DNA from: Escherichia phage vB_EcoM-813R1 | DNA: 64,000 bases | Reading direction: 5' to 3' (one strand) | Sequence record: ON470617.2 | Part shown: piece after piece, positions 1-10,167 of the stretch | How the letters are laid out: every line of letters starts with the position of its first letter | How positions within the stretch are numbered: position 1 is the stretch's first letter | Notes under the pieces: model-generated | Seen by the model: only the letters and a program-made list of their open reading frames with translations | Databases searched by the model: none | Told to the model about the DNA's origin: nothing | Translations under genes and position numbers: made by a program

Positions 1-861
1 ATGAATCAATCATTTATCTCCGATATTCTTTACGCAGACATTGAAAGTAAGGCAAAAGAACTAACAGTTAATTCAAACAACACTGTGCAGCCTGTAGCGT
101 TGATGCGCTTGGGGGTATTCGTGCCGAAGCCATCAAAGAGCAAAGGAGAAAGTAAAGAGATTGATGCCACCAAAGCGTTTTCCCAGCTGGAGATAGCTAA
201 AGCCGAGGGTTACGATGATATTAAAATCACCGGTCCTCGACTCGATATGGATACTGATTTCAAAACGTGGATCGGTGTCATCTACGCGTTCAGCAAATAC
301 GGCTTGTCCTCAAACACCATCCAGTTATCGTTTCAGGAATTCGCTAAAGCCTGTGGTTTCCCCTCAAAACGTCTGGATGCGAAACTGCGTTTAACCATTC
401 ATGAATCACTTGGACGCTTGCGTAACAAGGGTATCGCTTTTAAGCGCGGAAAAGATGCTAAAGGCGGCTATCAGACTGGTCTGCTGAAGGTCGGGCGTTT
501 TGATGCTGACCTTGATCTGATAGAGCTGGAGGCTGATTCGAAGTTGTGGGAGCTGTTCCAGCTTGATTATCGCGTTCTGTTGCAACACCACGCCTTGCGT
601 GCCCTTCCGAAGAAAGAAGCTGCACAAGCCATTTACACTTTCATCGAAAGCCTTCCGCAGAACCCGTTGCCGCTATCGTTCGCGCGAATCCGTGAGCGCC
701 TGGCTTTGCAGTCAGCTGTTGGCGAGCAAAACCGTATCATTAAGAAAGCGATAGAACAGCTTAAAACAATCGGCTATCTCGACTGTTCAATTGAGAAGAA
801 AGGCCGGGAAAGTTTTGTAATCGTCCATTCTCGCAATCCAAAGCTGAAACTCCCCGAATAA
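1..861 (+). CDS. repA: Iteron-binding plasmid replication initiator RepA (P1 RepA type)
   Basis: 286-aa ORF beginning at window position 1, immediately followed by an iteron array; sequence recognised as P1-type RepA. Upstream origin iterons would lie outside the window. Confidence 0.9.
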   Translation: MNQSFISDILYADIESKAKELTVNSNNTVQPVALMRLGVFVPKPSKSKGESKEIDATKAFSQLEIAKAEGYDDIKITGPRLDMDTDFKTWIGVIYAFSKYGLSSNTIQLSFQEFAKACGFPSKRLDAKLRLTIHESLGRLRNKGIAFKRGKDAKGGYQTGLLKVGRFDADLDLIELEADSKLWELFQLDYRVLLQHHALRALPKKEAAQAIYTFIESLPQNPLPLSFARIRERLALQSAVGEQNRIIKKAIEQLKTIGYLDCSIEKKGRESFVIVHSRNPKLKLPE

Positions 862-1113
862 GTGTGTGCTGGAGGGCAGCTGCATTCAAAAATGTGTGCT
901 GCCGGGAAGGCTTGTCCAATTTCCTGTTTTTGATGTGCGCTGGAGGGGGACGCCCCGCAGTTTGCCCAGACTTTCCCTCCAGCACACATCTGTCCATCAG
1001 TCTTTCCCTCCAGCACACATATTTGATACCAGCGATCCCTCCACAGCACATAATTCAATGCGACTTCCCTCTATCGCACATCTTAGACTTTTATTCTCCC
1101 TCCAGCACACATC
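861..1113. repeat. incA: incA-like iteron array (copy-number control): about 8 copies of a 19-bp iteron, three direct then five inverted
   Basis: Repeated motif (a/g)aTGTGtGCTGGAGGG at 861, 891 and 932 on the top strand, and CCCTCCAGCACACAT-type inverted copies at about 972, 1003, 1035, 1066 and 1094. Confidence 0.75.
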
Positions 1114-1386
1114 GAAGCTGCCGGGCAAGCCGTTCTCACCAGTTGATAGAGAGTGAAGCCTGGCTGCCCGTTGAAGCAGGAAATCACCAAAATGATTCAG
1201 GCTACAACCTGAACATAGAAGAAATCCGCGTCCTTTATACGTGGAGGATGCCAAAGCATGTTGTGACACACTTGGCAAAGGAGTAAACATGCAGAGAATG
1301 CTATGTACAAGCATCTACGCATACATTATTATTTTATGCAGCATTTTTAATTAAATTCAAAAATACAGCATAAAGGATGACTTTCG

Positions 1387-2583
1387 ATGAGTGATTCCAG
1401 CCAGCTTCACAAGGTTGCTCAAAGAGCAAACAGAATGCTCAATGTTCTGACTGAACAAGTACAGTTGCAAAAGGATGAGCTACACGCGAACGAGTTTTAC
1501 CAGGTCTATGCGAAAGCGGCACTGGCAAAATTGCCTCTACTGACTCGAGCGAACGTTGACTATGCCGTAAGTGAAATGGAAGAAAAGGGCTATGTTTTCG
1601 ATAAACGCCCTGCTGGCTCTTCAATGAAATATGCGATGTCAATTCAGAACATCATTGACATATATGAACATCGCGGAGTGCCAAAATACCGGGATCGCTA
1701 CAGCGAAGCGTATGTGATTTTCATCTCCAATCTTAAAGGCGGTGTGTCAAAAACTGTATCGACGGTTTCTCTGGCGCATGCAATGCGTGCCCACCCTCAT
1801 CTTCTGATGGAAGATTTAAGGATTCTGGTTATTGACCTTGATCCGCAATCTTCAGCAACGATGTTTTTAAGCCATAAACACTCTATTGGTATCGTAAACG
1901 CAACATCTGCACAGGCTATGTTGCAGAATGTAAGCCGTGAAGAGCTGTTAGAGGAGTTTATTGTTCCTTCTGTTGTACCTGGGGTTGACGTTATGCCTGC
2001 GTCGATTGACGATGCCTTTATTGCATCCGATTGGAGAGAGCTGTGCAATGAGCATCTACCGGGTCAGAACATCCATGCTGTCCTGAAAGAAAATGTGATT
2101 GATAAGCTGAAGAGCGATTATGACTTTATCCTCGTTGATAGTGGTCCTCACCTTGACGCCTTCCTGAAAAATGCTTTGGCCTCGGCCAATATACTGTTTA
2201 CACCTCTGCCGCCAGCAACTGTCGATTTCCACTCATCGCTTAAATACGTTGCCCGCCTTCCTGAGTTGGTGAAACTCATTTCGGATGAAGGCTGCGAGTG
2301 CCAGCTTGCGACTAACATTGGTTTTATGTCCAAGTTGAGTAACAAGGCAGATCATAAGTATTGCCATAGCTTGGCTAAAGAAGTGTTCGGTGGGGATATG
2401 CTCGATGTCGTCCTCCCTCGCCTTGACGGTTTTGAACGTTGCGGCGAGTCTTTTGACACTGTTATTTCAGCTAACCCGGCAACGTATGTTGGTAGTGCTG
2501 ATGCATTGAAGAACGCGCGAATTGCCGCGGAAGATTTTGCTAAAGCAGTTTTTGACCGTATTGAATTTATCAGATCTAACTGA
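1387..2583 (+). CDS. parA: Partition ATPase ParA (type Ia, with N-terminal HTH extension)
   Basis: 398-aa ORF with deviant Walker A (KGGVSKT) and the long N-terminal extension typical of P1/F-type ParA; lies directly upstream of parB and parS. Confidence 0.9.
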   Translation: MSDSSQLHKVAQRANRMLNVLTEQVQLQKDELHANEFYQVYAKAALAKLPLLTRANVDYAVSEMEEKGYVFDKRPAGSSMKYAMSIQNIIDIYEHRGVPKYRDRYSEAYVIFISNLKGGVSKTVSTVSLAHAMRAHPHLLMEDLRILVIDLDPQSSATMFLSHKHSIGIVNATSAQAMLQNVSREELLEEFIVPSVVPGVDVMPASIDDAFIASDWRELCNEHLPGQNIHAVLKENVIDKLKSDYDFILVDSGPHLDAFLKNALASANILFTPLPPATVDFHSSLKYVARLPELVKLISDEGCECQLATNIGFMSKLSNKADHKYCHSLAKEVFGGDMLDVVLPRLDGFERCGESFDTVISANPATYVGSADALKNARIAAEDFAKAVFDRIEFIRSN

Positions 2584-2599
2584 GGAGTAAGAAACCCCC

Positions 2600-3601
2600 A
2601 TGTCAAAGAAAAACAGACCAACAATTGGGCGAACCCTTAATCCTTCAATATTAAGCGGATTTGATAGTTCTTCAGCCTCTGGCGATCGAGTCGAGCAGGT
2701 ATTCAAGTTATCAACTGGTCGCCAGGCCACATTTATTGAAGAGGTAATACCTCCGAACCAGGTAGAAAGCGATACCTTTGTTGATCAGCATAACAACGGG
2801 CGTGACCAGGCATCTCTTACGCCAAAATCATTAAAAAGTATCCGAAGCACTATTAAGCATCAGCAATTTTACCCTGCAATAGGTGTTAGACGGGCTACAG
2901 GGAAAATTGAAATTTTGGATGGTTCCCGGCGTCGAGCTTCTGCCATCTTAGAGAACGTAGGGTTGCGGGTTTTAGTCACGGACCAGGAGATCAGCGTTCA
3001 GGAAGCGCAAAATTTAGCGAAAGACGTTCAGACAGCATTGCAGCACAGCATTCGAGAAATAGGTCTGCGTTTGATGCGAATGAAAAATGATGGGATGAGT
3101 CAGAAGGATATTGCAGCCAAGGAAGGGCTGTCTCAGGCGAAAGTCACGCGTGCTCTCCAGGCAGCGAGTGCTCCGGAAGAATTAGTCGCCCTTTTCCCTG
3201 TGCAGTCGGAATTAACCTTTTCGGACTACAAAACGCTTTGTGCTGTTGGCGACGAAATGGGGAACAAGAATTTAGAGTTTGATCAGCTTATTCAAAACAT
3301 ATCCCCGGAAATAAACGACATCTTATCCATTGAAGAAATGGCCGAAGATGAAGTTAAAAATAAAATCCTGCGCTTGATAACAAAGGAAGCCTCACTACTC
3401 ACGGATAAAGGTTCTAAAGATAAGTCCGTAGTTACTGAATTATGGAAATTTGAGGACAAGGATCGCTTTGCAAGGAAGCGCGTGAAAGGCCGTGCATTTT
3501 CTTATGAGTTTAATCGACTTTCAAAAGAGCTACAGGAAGAACTCGACAGGATGATTGGGCATATCCTTAGAAAGAGCCTCGATAAAAAGCCGAATCCTTA
3601 A
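2600..3601 (+). CDS. parB: Partition centromere-binding protein ParB
   Basis: 333-aa ORF overlapping-adjacent to parA with an RBS (ggagtaag); followed by a parS-like site. Confidence 0.9.
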   Translation: MSKKNRPTIGRTLNPSILSGFDSSSASGDRVEQVFKLSTGRQATFIEEVIPPNQVESDTFVDQHNNGRDQASLTPKSLKSIRSTIKHQQFYPAIGVRRATGKIEILDGSRRRASAILENVGLRVLVTDQEISVQEAQNLAKDVQTALQHSIREIGLRLMRMKNDGMSQKDIAAKEGLSQAKVTRALQAASAPEELVALFPVQSELTFSDYKTLCAVGDEMGNKNLEFDQLIQNISPEINDILSIEEMAEDEVKNKILRLITKEASLLTDKGSKDKSVVTELWKFEDKDRFARKRVKGRAFSYEFNRLSKELQEELDRMIGHILRKSLDKKPNP

Positions 3602-3605
3602 ACTT

Positions 3606-3692
3606 TCGCCATTCAAATTTCACTATTAACCTACTGTTTTTAAAGTAAATCACTCTAAAATTTCAAGGTGAAATCGCCACGATTTCACCTTG
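3606..3692. promoter_or_regulatory. parS: parS centromere: ParB heptamer boxes (ATTTCAC) and hexamer boxes (TCGCCA) flanking an AT-rich IHF-type core
   Basis: tcgccATTCAAATTTCACtattaac...ttttaaagtaaatcactctaaaatttcaaggtgaaaTCGCCAcgATTTCACcttgg immediately after the parB stop. Confidence 0.75.
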
Positions 3693-3826
3693 GATTTTAC
3701 CTTCCTCCCCTACTCCCGAAAAAAATAAAAAAATTGCTTGTCACGAGAAAGTCAACAAGTGACTTTCAATAAAATCTCTTCCGAAAAGGGATTCACACAA
3801 GTGCCTTGTGTTTAAGGAAGAGTAAA

Positions 3827-5532
3827 TTGAGTAACTTACGCGAATACCAGAATCGTATTGCAGATATCGCAAAACGCTCTAAAGCTGTGCTTGGCTGGGC
3901 AAGCACTGCGCAGTTCGGTACTGATAACCAATTCATTAAAGATGATGCCGCGCGTGCCGCATCTATCCTTGAAGCTGCACGTAAAGACCCAATTTTTGCG
4001 GGTATCTCTGATAATGCCACCGCTCAAATCGCTACAGCGTGGGCAAGTGCACTGGCTGACTACGCCGCAACACATAAATCTATGCCACGTCCGGAAATTC
4101 TGGCCTCCTGCCATCAGACGCTGGAAAACTGCCTGATTGAGTCCACCCGCAATAACATGGACGCCACCAATAAAGCGATGCTGGAATCAGTCGCGGCAGA
4201 GATGATGAGTGTTTCTGACGGGGTTATGCGTCTGCCTTTATTCTTGGCGATGATCCTGCCTGTTCAGTTGGGGGCAGCTACCGCTGATGCGTGTACATTC
4301 ATTCCGGTTACGCGTGACAAGTCCGAAATCTATGAAATCTTTAACGTAGCGGGTTCTTCTTTTGGCTCCTATGCTATTGGTGATGTTCTGGACATGCAAT
4401 CCGTTGGCGTGTACAGTCAGTTGCGCCGCCGCTATGTGCTGGTTGCAAGCTCCGACGGCACCAGCAAAACTGCAACCTTCAAGATGGAAGATGTCGAAGG
4501 TCAGAATGTCCCGATTCGCAAAGGTCGCACAAACATCTACGTTAACCGTATTAAGTCTGTTGTTGATAACGGCTCCGGTACTCTGCTTCACACATTCAAT
4601 AACAAAGCAGGCGAACAAATCACTGTTACTTGCTCTTTGAATTACAACGTTGGTCAGATTGCCCTGTCGTTCTCCAAAGCGCCGGATAAAGGCACTGAGA
4701 TCGCCATTGAGGCGGAGATCAATATAGAAGCAGCTCCTGAGCTGATCCCACTTATCAACCACGAAATGAAGAGTTACACCCTGTTCCCAAACCAGTTCGT
4801 CATCGCGGCTGAGCACACGGTACAGGCGGCGTATGAAGCACAGCGTGAATTTGGTCTGGATCTAACTCCCTACAGTTCCGCACCCTGAAGGAATACCTAT
4901 CCCATGAGCAAGATATGCTTCGTCTTCGTATCATGATTTGGCGAACTCTTGCGACCGACTCCTTTGATATTGCACTACCAGCTAACCAGACCTTTGATGT
5001 GTGGGCAACCATCATTCGAGGCAAATTCCAGACGGTATATCGCGGTATTATTGAGCGTGTTAAATCTTCTGGTGCGATGGGGATGTATGCCGGTGCTGAT
5101 GCGGCATCTTTCTTCAAACAATTGCCGAAGGATTTCTTCCAGCCAGCAGAAGATTACATCCAGACCCCATACGTCCACTACATTGGCACTCTGTTCGGCA
5201 ACGTCAAAGTGTTCGAAGTACCAGAAGGTATTTGTACGAACCTGACCGCCGACGGTATCCAGTTCAGCCCAATGGATGTGCTGTGCTACGTCCGTGATGA
5301 AAATCCGGGCAAAGCGGGCTTCGTAACTGGTGATGCAGTCCCGGCTGTCCCATTCCAGCATCCGACCACCCCGGCACTAGTCAACCGAACCACTCTGTGG
5401 GGTTCGGCTATCAACGATATGCATCCACGCAACGGTGCTGACTACTTCACCCGTGTAACTCTGACTATGGCAAAAAATGGCGGAATTAACTTCCTGACCG
5501 GTAACACGATTGATGCTGGTGACTCTGAGTAA
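3827..5532 (+). CDS. Large virion structural protein, probably major head protein precursor (P1 gene 23 position); split by an apparent frameshift near 4870-4890
   Basis: Two ORFs (3806-4888 in frame 2 and 4915-5532 in frame 1) with frame 1 open upstream to at least 4861, so a single-base change fuses them into about 565 aa. Probable TTG start at 3827 after RBS aaggaag. Assigned by synteny (first gene after parS). Confidence 0.45.
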
Positions 5533-5592
5533 TCAGGGGAAGCTCTCCGTTTAACATAGCGCCCCCGCGCGGGGCGCATAACAGGGAAAGTT

Positions 5593-7182
5593 ATGTCTCA
5601 ATATTCAATTCAACAGTCATTAGGTAATGCATCCGGCGTCGCGGTTAGCCCGATCAATGCCGATGCGACGTTATCTACCGGTGTTGCATTAAATAGCAGC
5701 TTGTGGGCTGGTATTGGCGTATTTGCGCGTGGCAAGCCGTTTACTGTTCTTGCGGTTACTGAGTCCAATTACGAAGATGTTCTTGGCGAACCGCTGAAGC
5801 CGTCTTCCGGCTCACAGTTTGAACCAATTCGCCATGTGTACGAAGCTATTCAGCAAACGTCTGGTTATGTTGTCCGTGCTGTTCCGGATGATGCGAAGTT
5901 CCCGATTATTATGTTCGATGAATCAGGCGAACCGGCTAACAGTGCGTTGCCATACGGTTCTGAAATTGAACTTGATAGCGGCGAAGCCTTTGCTATCTAC
6001 GTTGATGATGGTGATCCGTGTATTTCACCTACCCGTGAGTTAACCATCGAAACGGCAACAGCGGACAGCGCGGGTAATGAACGCTTCCTCTTAAAACTGA
6101 CCCAGACGACTTCGCTCGGTGTGGTAACGACCCTGGAGACACACACTGTGTCTTTGGCGGAAGAAGCGAAAGATGACATGGGCCGCTTGTGTTATCTGCC
6201 TACGGCTCTGGAAGCCCGTTCTAAATATCTGCGTGCGGTTGTTAATGAAGAGCTGATTTCTACAGCGAAAGTAACAAATAAAAAATCGGTGGCATTCACT
6301 GGCGGTACCAATGGCGATCAGTCGAAAATCTCAACCGCTGCTTACCTGCGTGCGGTTAAAGTGCTGAATAATGCGCCGTACATGTACACCGCTGTTCTTG
6401 GCCTGGGCTGCTATGACAATGCGGCTATCACCGCATTAGGTAAAATCTGTGCAGATCGCCTGATTGATGGCTTCTTTGATGTCAAACCGACATTAAGGTA
6501 CGCAGAAGCACTAACAGCTGTTGAGGGTACCGGTTTACTTGGTACCGATTATGTAAGCTGTTCTGTCTATCACTACCCGTTCTCCTGCAAAGACAAATGG
6601 ACCCAATCCCGTGTGGTCTTCGGTCTGTCTGGCGCGGCGTATGCGGCGAAAGCTCGTGGCGTCAAGAAAAACTCTGATGTCGGCGGTTGGCATTACTCAC
6701 CGGCTGGTGAAGAACGTGCCGTCATTGCTCGTGCGTCAATTCAACCGCTGTATCCGGAAGATACCCCGGACGAAGAAGCAATGGTCAAGGGCCGTCTCAA
6801 TAAAGTATCTGTTGGCACCTCTGGCCAGATGATCATCGACGATGCTTTAACTTGCTGCACGCAGGATAACTATCTGCACTTCCAGCACGTCCCATCCCTG
6901 ATGAATGCAATCAGTCGTTTCTTTGTCCAGTTAGCCCGACAGATGAAGCATAGCCCGGACGGTATTACTGCGGCTGGCCTGACTAAAGGGATGACCAAAC
7001 TTTTAGATCGCTTTGTCGCCTCCGGCGCTCTGGTGGCTCCTCGTGATCCCGATGCTGACGGTACAGAACCGTATGTGCTGAAAGTTACGCAGGCGGAATT
7101 CGATAAATGGGAAGTAGTCTGGGCCTGCTGCCCGACTGGCGTAGCCCGTCGTATCCAGGGCGTACCGCTGCTTATTAAGTAA
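5593..7182 (+). CDS. Probable contractile tail sheath protein (P1 gene 22 position)
   Basis: 529-aa intact ORF at the position and of the size expected for a myovirus sheath gene; no motif-level confirmation. Confidence 0.45.
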   Translation: MSQYSIQQSLGNASGVAVSPINADATLSTGVALNSSLWAGIGVFARGKPFTVLAVTESNYEDVLGEPLKPSSGSQFEPIRHVYEAIQQTSGYVVRAVPDDAKFPIIMFDESGEPANSALPYGSEIELDSGEAFAIYVDDGDPCISPTRELTIETATADSAGNERFLLKLTQTTSLGVVTTLETHTVSLAEEAKDDMGRLCYLPTALEARSKYLRAVVNEELISTAKVTNKKSVAFTGGTNGDQSKISTAAYLRAVKVLNNAPYMYTAVLGLGCYDNAAITALGKICADRLIDGFFDVKPTLRYAEALTAVEGTGLLGTDYVSCSVYHYPFSCKDKWTQSRVVFGLSGAAYAAKARGVKKNSDVGGWHYSPAGEERAVIARASIQPLYPEDTPDEEAMVKGRLNKVSVGTSGQMIIDDALTCCTQDNYLHFQHVPSLMNAISRFFVQLARQMKHSPDGITAAGLTKGMTKLLDRFVASGALVAPRDPDADGTEPYVLKVTQAEFDKWEVVWACCPTGVARRIQGVPLLIK

Positions 7183-7191
7183 GGGAATACA

Positions 7192-8007
7192 ATGAGCAAA
7201 AACTTTTTTCAATCCGGGGCATTTTTGGGGAATGGACTGTCCCGTTTCGCTTTGAACTCTGATCCTGTGCAGCTGATGGAGTCTGCCCGAGCAAGCGCCG
7301 AACCGCCAACAGATCCGGTTATTAATAATAATCCGGAACCGGCGGCACAGACTAACGATAACGTTCCATCTGCCCCGGCTCCAGAGCAAATCCTGGAAGG
7401 GAAAGACGGTAAAGAATGGACCGTCGAACAGGCGCACCAGATGATTCTGGAAGCTGCAAATCGAAGTGCTATGCAGAATGCGTTGAGTGATGCGGCCGAC
7501 GCCGTTTTCTCCTGGGCTGATAGCGGTGATCTGACTTTCGACTCCCTTGATGGTTTCGTTCAGGCTATCGCTGGTATCTCTGATGACGACGACTCCGAAG
7601 TTACAGAAGAACAGGACGATGCCTATAACGAAGCATGGGCAAATGTTGCTGACTTCCTCGCAGCATGCGGTGTAGATGATGACCTGATCGAAGCACTGGC
7701 TGACGATGAAGACGACGACGCTGCTGCTGATGTTGGTGCCTCTATCGCTGGTTTAGATAGCGACGACCGCGACGAACTGGAAGCGGCGTTTGTTGTTGCT
7801 GGCACTTCTGATGAAATGCTGACTGAAGCATTTAAGAAGGTTGTTCGTAACGGTGAGATCAAACTCATCCGTAAACGCCTGCGTAAAAAACGTCTGACTG
7901 CGGCTCAAAAATCGGCGCTGAAAAAAGCGCGTCGAAAAGCCCAGACCGGCGCGGCAAAACTTGCCCGCAAAAAGTCAATGAAACTGCGCCGTAAGCGCCT
8001 TGGCTAA
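7192..8007 (+). CDS. Virion-associated protein with highly acidic central region and lysine/arginine-rich C-terminal tail (P1 gene 21 position)
   Basis: 271-aa ORF tightly coupled to the upstream gene; D/E-rich stretch (DDDDSEVTEEQDD, ADDEDDDAAAD) and C-terminal KLIRKRLRKKRL...KLRRKRLG; followed by hairpin at 8014-8031. Confidence 0.35.
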   Translation: MSKNFFQSGAFLGNGLSRFALNSDPVQLMESARASAEPPTDPVINNNPEPAAQTNDNVPSAPAPEQILEGKDGKEWTVEQAHQMILEAANRSAMQNALSDAADAVFSWADSGDLTFDSLDGFVQAIAGISDDDDSEVTEEQDDAYNEAWANVADFLAACGVDDDLIEALADDEDDDAAADVGASIAGLDSDDRDELEAAFVVAGTSDEMLTEAFKKVVRNGEIKLIRKRLRKKRLTAAQKSALKKARRKAQTGAAKLARKKSMKLRRKRLG

Positions 8008-8157
8008 GGAGGAGGCCGGAGAACTCCGGCCTTTAACTTGAATGGCACCTATACCTTATGGGGTTTACAGCCAGGCTGACGGTGTATCGCCATTTCTGAA
8101 AGTTACTTTAACGAACTCTCAGTACCAGGTTACCGGATATATCAGCCAGGGGCAGCA

Positions 8158-8621
8158 ATGAACATGGCCCAGAATTGGGAAGCGCCGTTTACCGGTATGT
8201 CCATGGGGTCTGTTGCTGGTGCTTTCAGTGGTTTTGCGCAGGTTGGTACTGAAACAACGTCGGTGGCCCGTTGGAACAGCTTAATGGTTTGGGAGGGGGA
8301 ACACCGCCGACTTTCACGCTGCCAGTAACTTTCATCGCTTTGTTTGACCCATTCACGGAGGTTTCAGGAGCTATCGCCGCATTGTCAGCGATGATTAGCC
8401 CGGAACTTAAAGATGCCAGTATTGGTGGTCGAATCCCGGAGCGTGTGACGCTAAACATTGGTCGCCGGATCAACATCATTGATGTCGCTATCCAGGACAT
8501 AAGTTTCGATCTCGATGCACCCAGGGACAGCAATGGGCATTTCCTGAAAAACACCGTCAACCTCCAGTTGACCGGTTCTTCGATATATAACAGCTCCGAT
8601 ATTGTTCGGGCGTTCCAGTAA
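8158..8621 (+). CDS. Small tail/baseplate morphogenesis protein, frameshifted at a G-run near 8290
   Basis: ORF starting ATGAACATGGCC at 8158 in frame 1 runs into the frame-3 ORF 8271-8621 across tgggagggggaac. A further 38-codon ORF at 8043-8159 may be its N-terminus. Confidence 0.35.
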
Positions 8622-8632
8622 AAGGATTTTAT

Positions 8633-9141
8633 ATGGGGCACAATAACACTAAGGGAAACCGTAAATTTATTAAGGGCCGCTATACTGCCAACGCGGCCAA
8701 AGGCGAACGACTGGTATCTTCTGAATTCCAGCTCACTTTTGCAGGCCATGAAGATATCAGCGTACTGGTTCGCACGTCGCAAATTCCTGAAATGACCCGC
8801 GAGGATGTGGAGGACTATGGTCCGAATGGTGTGAAGTTCAACCAGCACGGTCCAATCCGTAACTCCGGGGAAATCAGGTCCAGTGCGTGGAGACTATCGA
8901 AGGCGATATTCTTCAGTTCATTAAAGATCGCATTGCGGCGAAGGACTATGTTGATATCACGATGGCTGCGACCCCTGAATCCAAATCTTCCGGGGTTAAC
9001 GCTGTGACAAAAGCTGCTACAACAATTGAAATGTTGGACTGCAAAATCTACAGTGATGCAATCGACTTTAGTACCGAAGATGTGACTGCCGCTGTGCGTC
9101 CGTCACTTCGTATCGTTTACAACTGGATTGAGTGGGATTAA
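8633..9141 (+). CDS. Small tail/baseplate morphogenesis protein, frameshifted near 8870
   Basis: ORFs 8633-9007 and 8887-9141 join through ccgggg at about 8873, giving one roughly 169-aa product; rho-independent terminator follows. Confidence 0.35.
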
Positions 9142-9160
9142 GAGTCACCCCTTGTATTTT

Positions 9161-9184
9161 AAAGCTCCTACGGGAGCTTTTTTG
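9161..9184 (+). terminator. Rho-independent terminator closing the head/tail operon
   Basis: aaAGCTCCtacgGGAGCTtttttg: GC stem followed by a T-run. Confidence 0.6.
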
Positions 9185-9224
9185 TGCTTAAATTATGCCG
9201 GTATAGCGAAATTTTGAGCATATT

Positions 9225-9521
9225 ATGGAAATTGATTTTTCATACTCTCCTGAAACGATAGAACGAAGATTCGAAATAATTGGATGTAAAACTATTTCAG
9301 AGGAGCATTATTGGATTCTCTATGATGCCAATACATGGTTATGTGCCTTAGCAGAATGTCGGCCATCGTTATGTGCAGGGGAGGGAGGACTTCGACATAA
9401 GGTGCTGGCTACACTTGAAGTGAACACGTTACGATATTGGTGTGTCGAAATACTTAGGGATAACAAAGAATTACATTTATTATTGCTGAATAAGTGTGCG
9501 CCTCTGCGCAGGAAAGCATAA
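9225..9521 (+). CDS. Hypothetical 98-aa Cys/Trp-containing protein
   Basis: Isolated ORF in the variable region between the structural operon and the DUF3800-like module; no recognisable motif. Confidence 0.3.
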   Translation: MEIDFSYSPETIERRFEIIGCKTISEEHYWILYDANTWLCALAECRPSLCAGEGGLRHKVLATLEVNTLRYWCVEILRDNKELHLLLLNKCAPLRRKA

Positions 9522-9687
9522 GAAAACCCAACCGCCATACTGGAATTATCAGAAGAATATGTGCGGAAAGTTATAGCTAGCTATTGAAAAGCTAAAGTAG
9601 ATCGGTTAGATTTACCTTACTCATCTACCATGCGTAGAAAGAGCGATCGAACCCGATACATAGCAATATGTGTCGGGTTCAGCTTTT

Positions 9688-10167
9688 TTATGTCCCAAGT
9701 GCTCTTTTTCTGCTTTGTTTGAGTGTTCTGATTTTACTGTCATAGGTTACAACATAGGCTGTTTTGAGAAGCCAATAGTCTCTACGTGCGGATAGCACAA
9801 CAACGTAGTTTTCACACTCGTTCCAGATTACCCACTCTTCAGTTGGTCCTCGTCTTTCAGACCAACATGATATATCGCAATGGTCATAATTCCTTATCAT
9901 ATGCGCGATCCAGCGGATCCGCTTACACCGTTCAAGATCAGGTATTCGTTCTTCTTCTATTTTTCCCTCTGATACTAAATGCCAAAATCCGAACTCTTTC
10001 CCATCATATTCCGGTGAATAACGTAATCGAACAGGGAGACCCTTAAACGTTATATTAGAGATTAAAATATCTTCTCTAACAACATCATATACATCGTCTA
10101 TATACTCTTGCCAACTTCCATTGAAGTACAATAAATCTGGCATTTGAAGCATCAGCGAGCCTCCCAC
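9688..10167 (-). CDS. Hypothetical 159-aa protein, downstream partner of the DUF3800-like gene (candidate accessory/defence module)
   Basis: ORF directly downstream of and overlapping the DUF3800-like gene on the same strand; AT-rich; Trp/Cys-rich with no motif I can assign. Confidence 0.4.
   Translation of the reverse strand: MGGSLMLQMPDLLYFNGSWQEYIDDVYDVVREDILISNITFKGLPVRLRYSPEYDGKEFGFWHLVSEGKIEEERIPDLERCKRIRWIAHMIRNYDHCDISCWSERRGPTEEWVIWNECENYVVVLSARRDYWLLKTAYVVTYDSKIRTLKQSRKRALGT

Noticed and set aside
864-1314. Overlapping ORFs of 96-140 aa on both strands between repA and parA
   Set aside because: They run through the iteron array and are generated by the repeated Cys/Gly/Pro-rich iteron codons; this is the incA control region, not coding sequence.
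4238-4816. 192-aa minus-strand ORF
   Set aside because: Entirely contained antisense within the major head gene, with no RBS context; the sense strand encodes the structural protein.
7623-7868. 81-aa Ser/Ala-rich minus-strand ORF
   Set aside because: Antisense to the acidic region of the gene at 7192-8007; low-complexity mirror of the D/E-rich codons.
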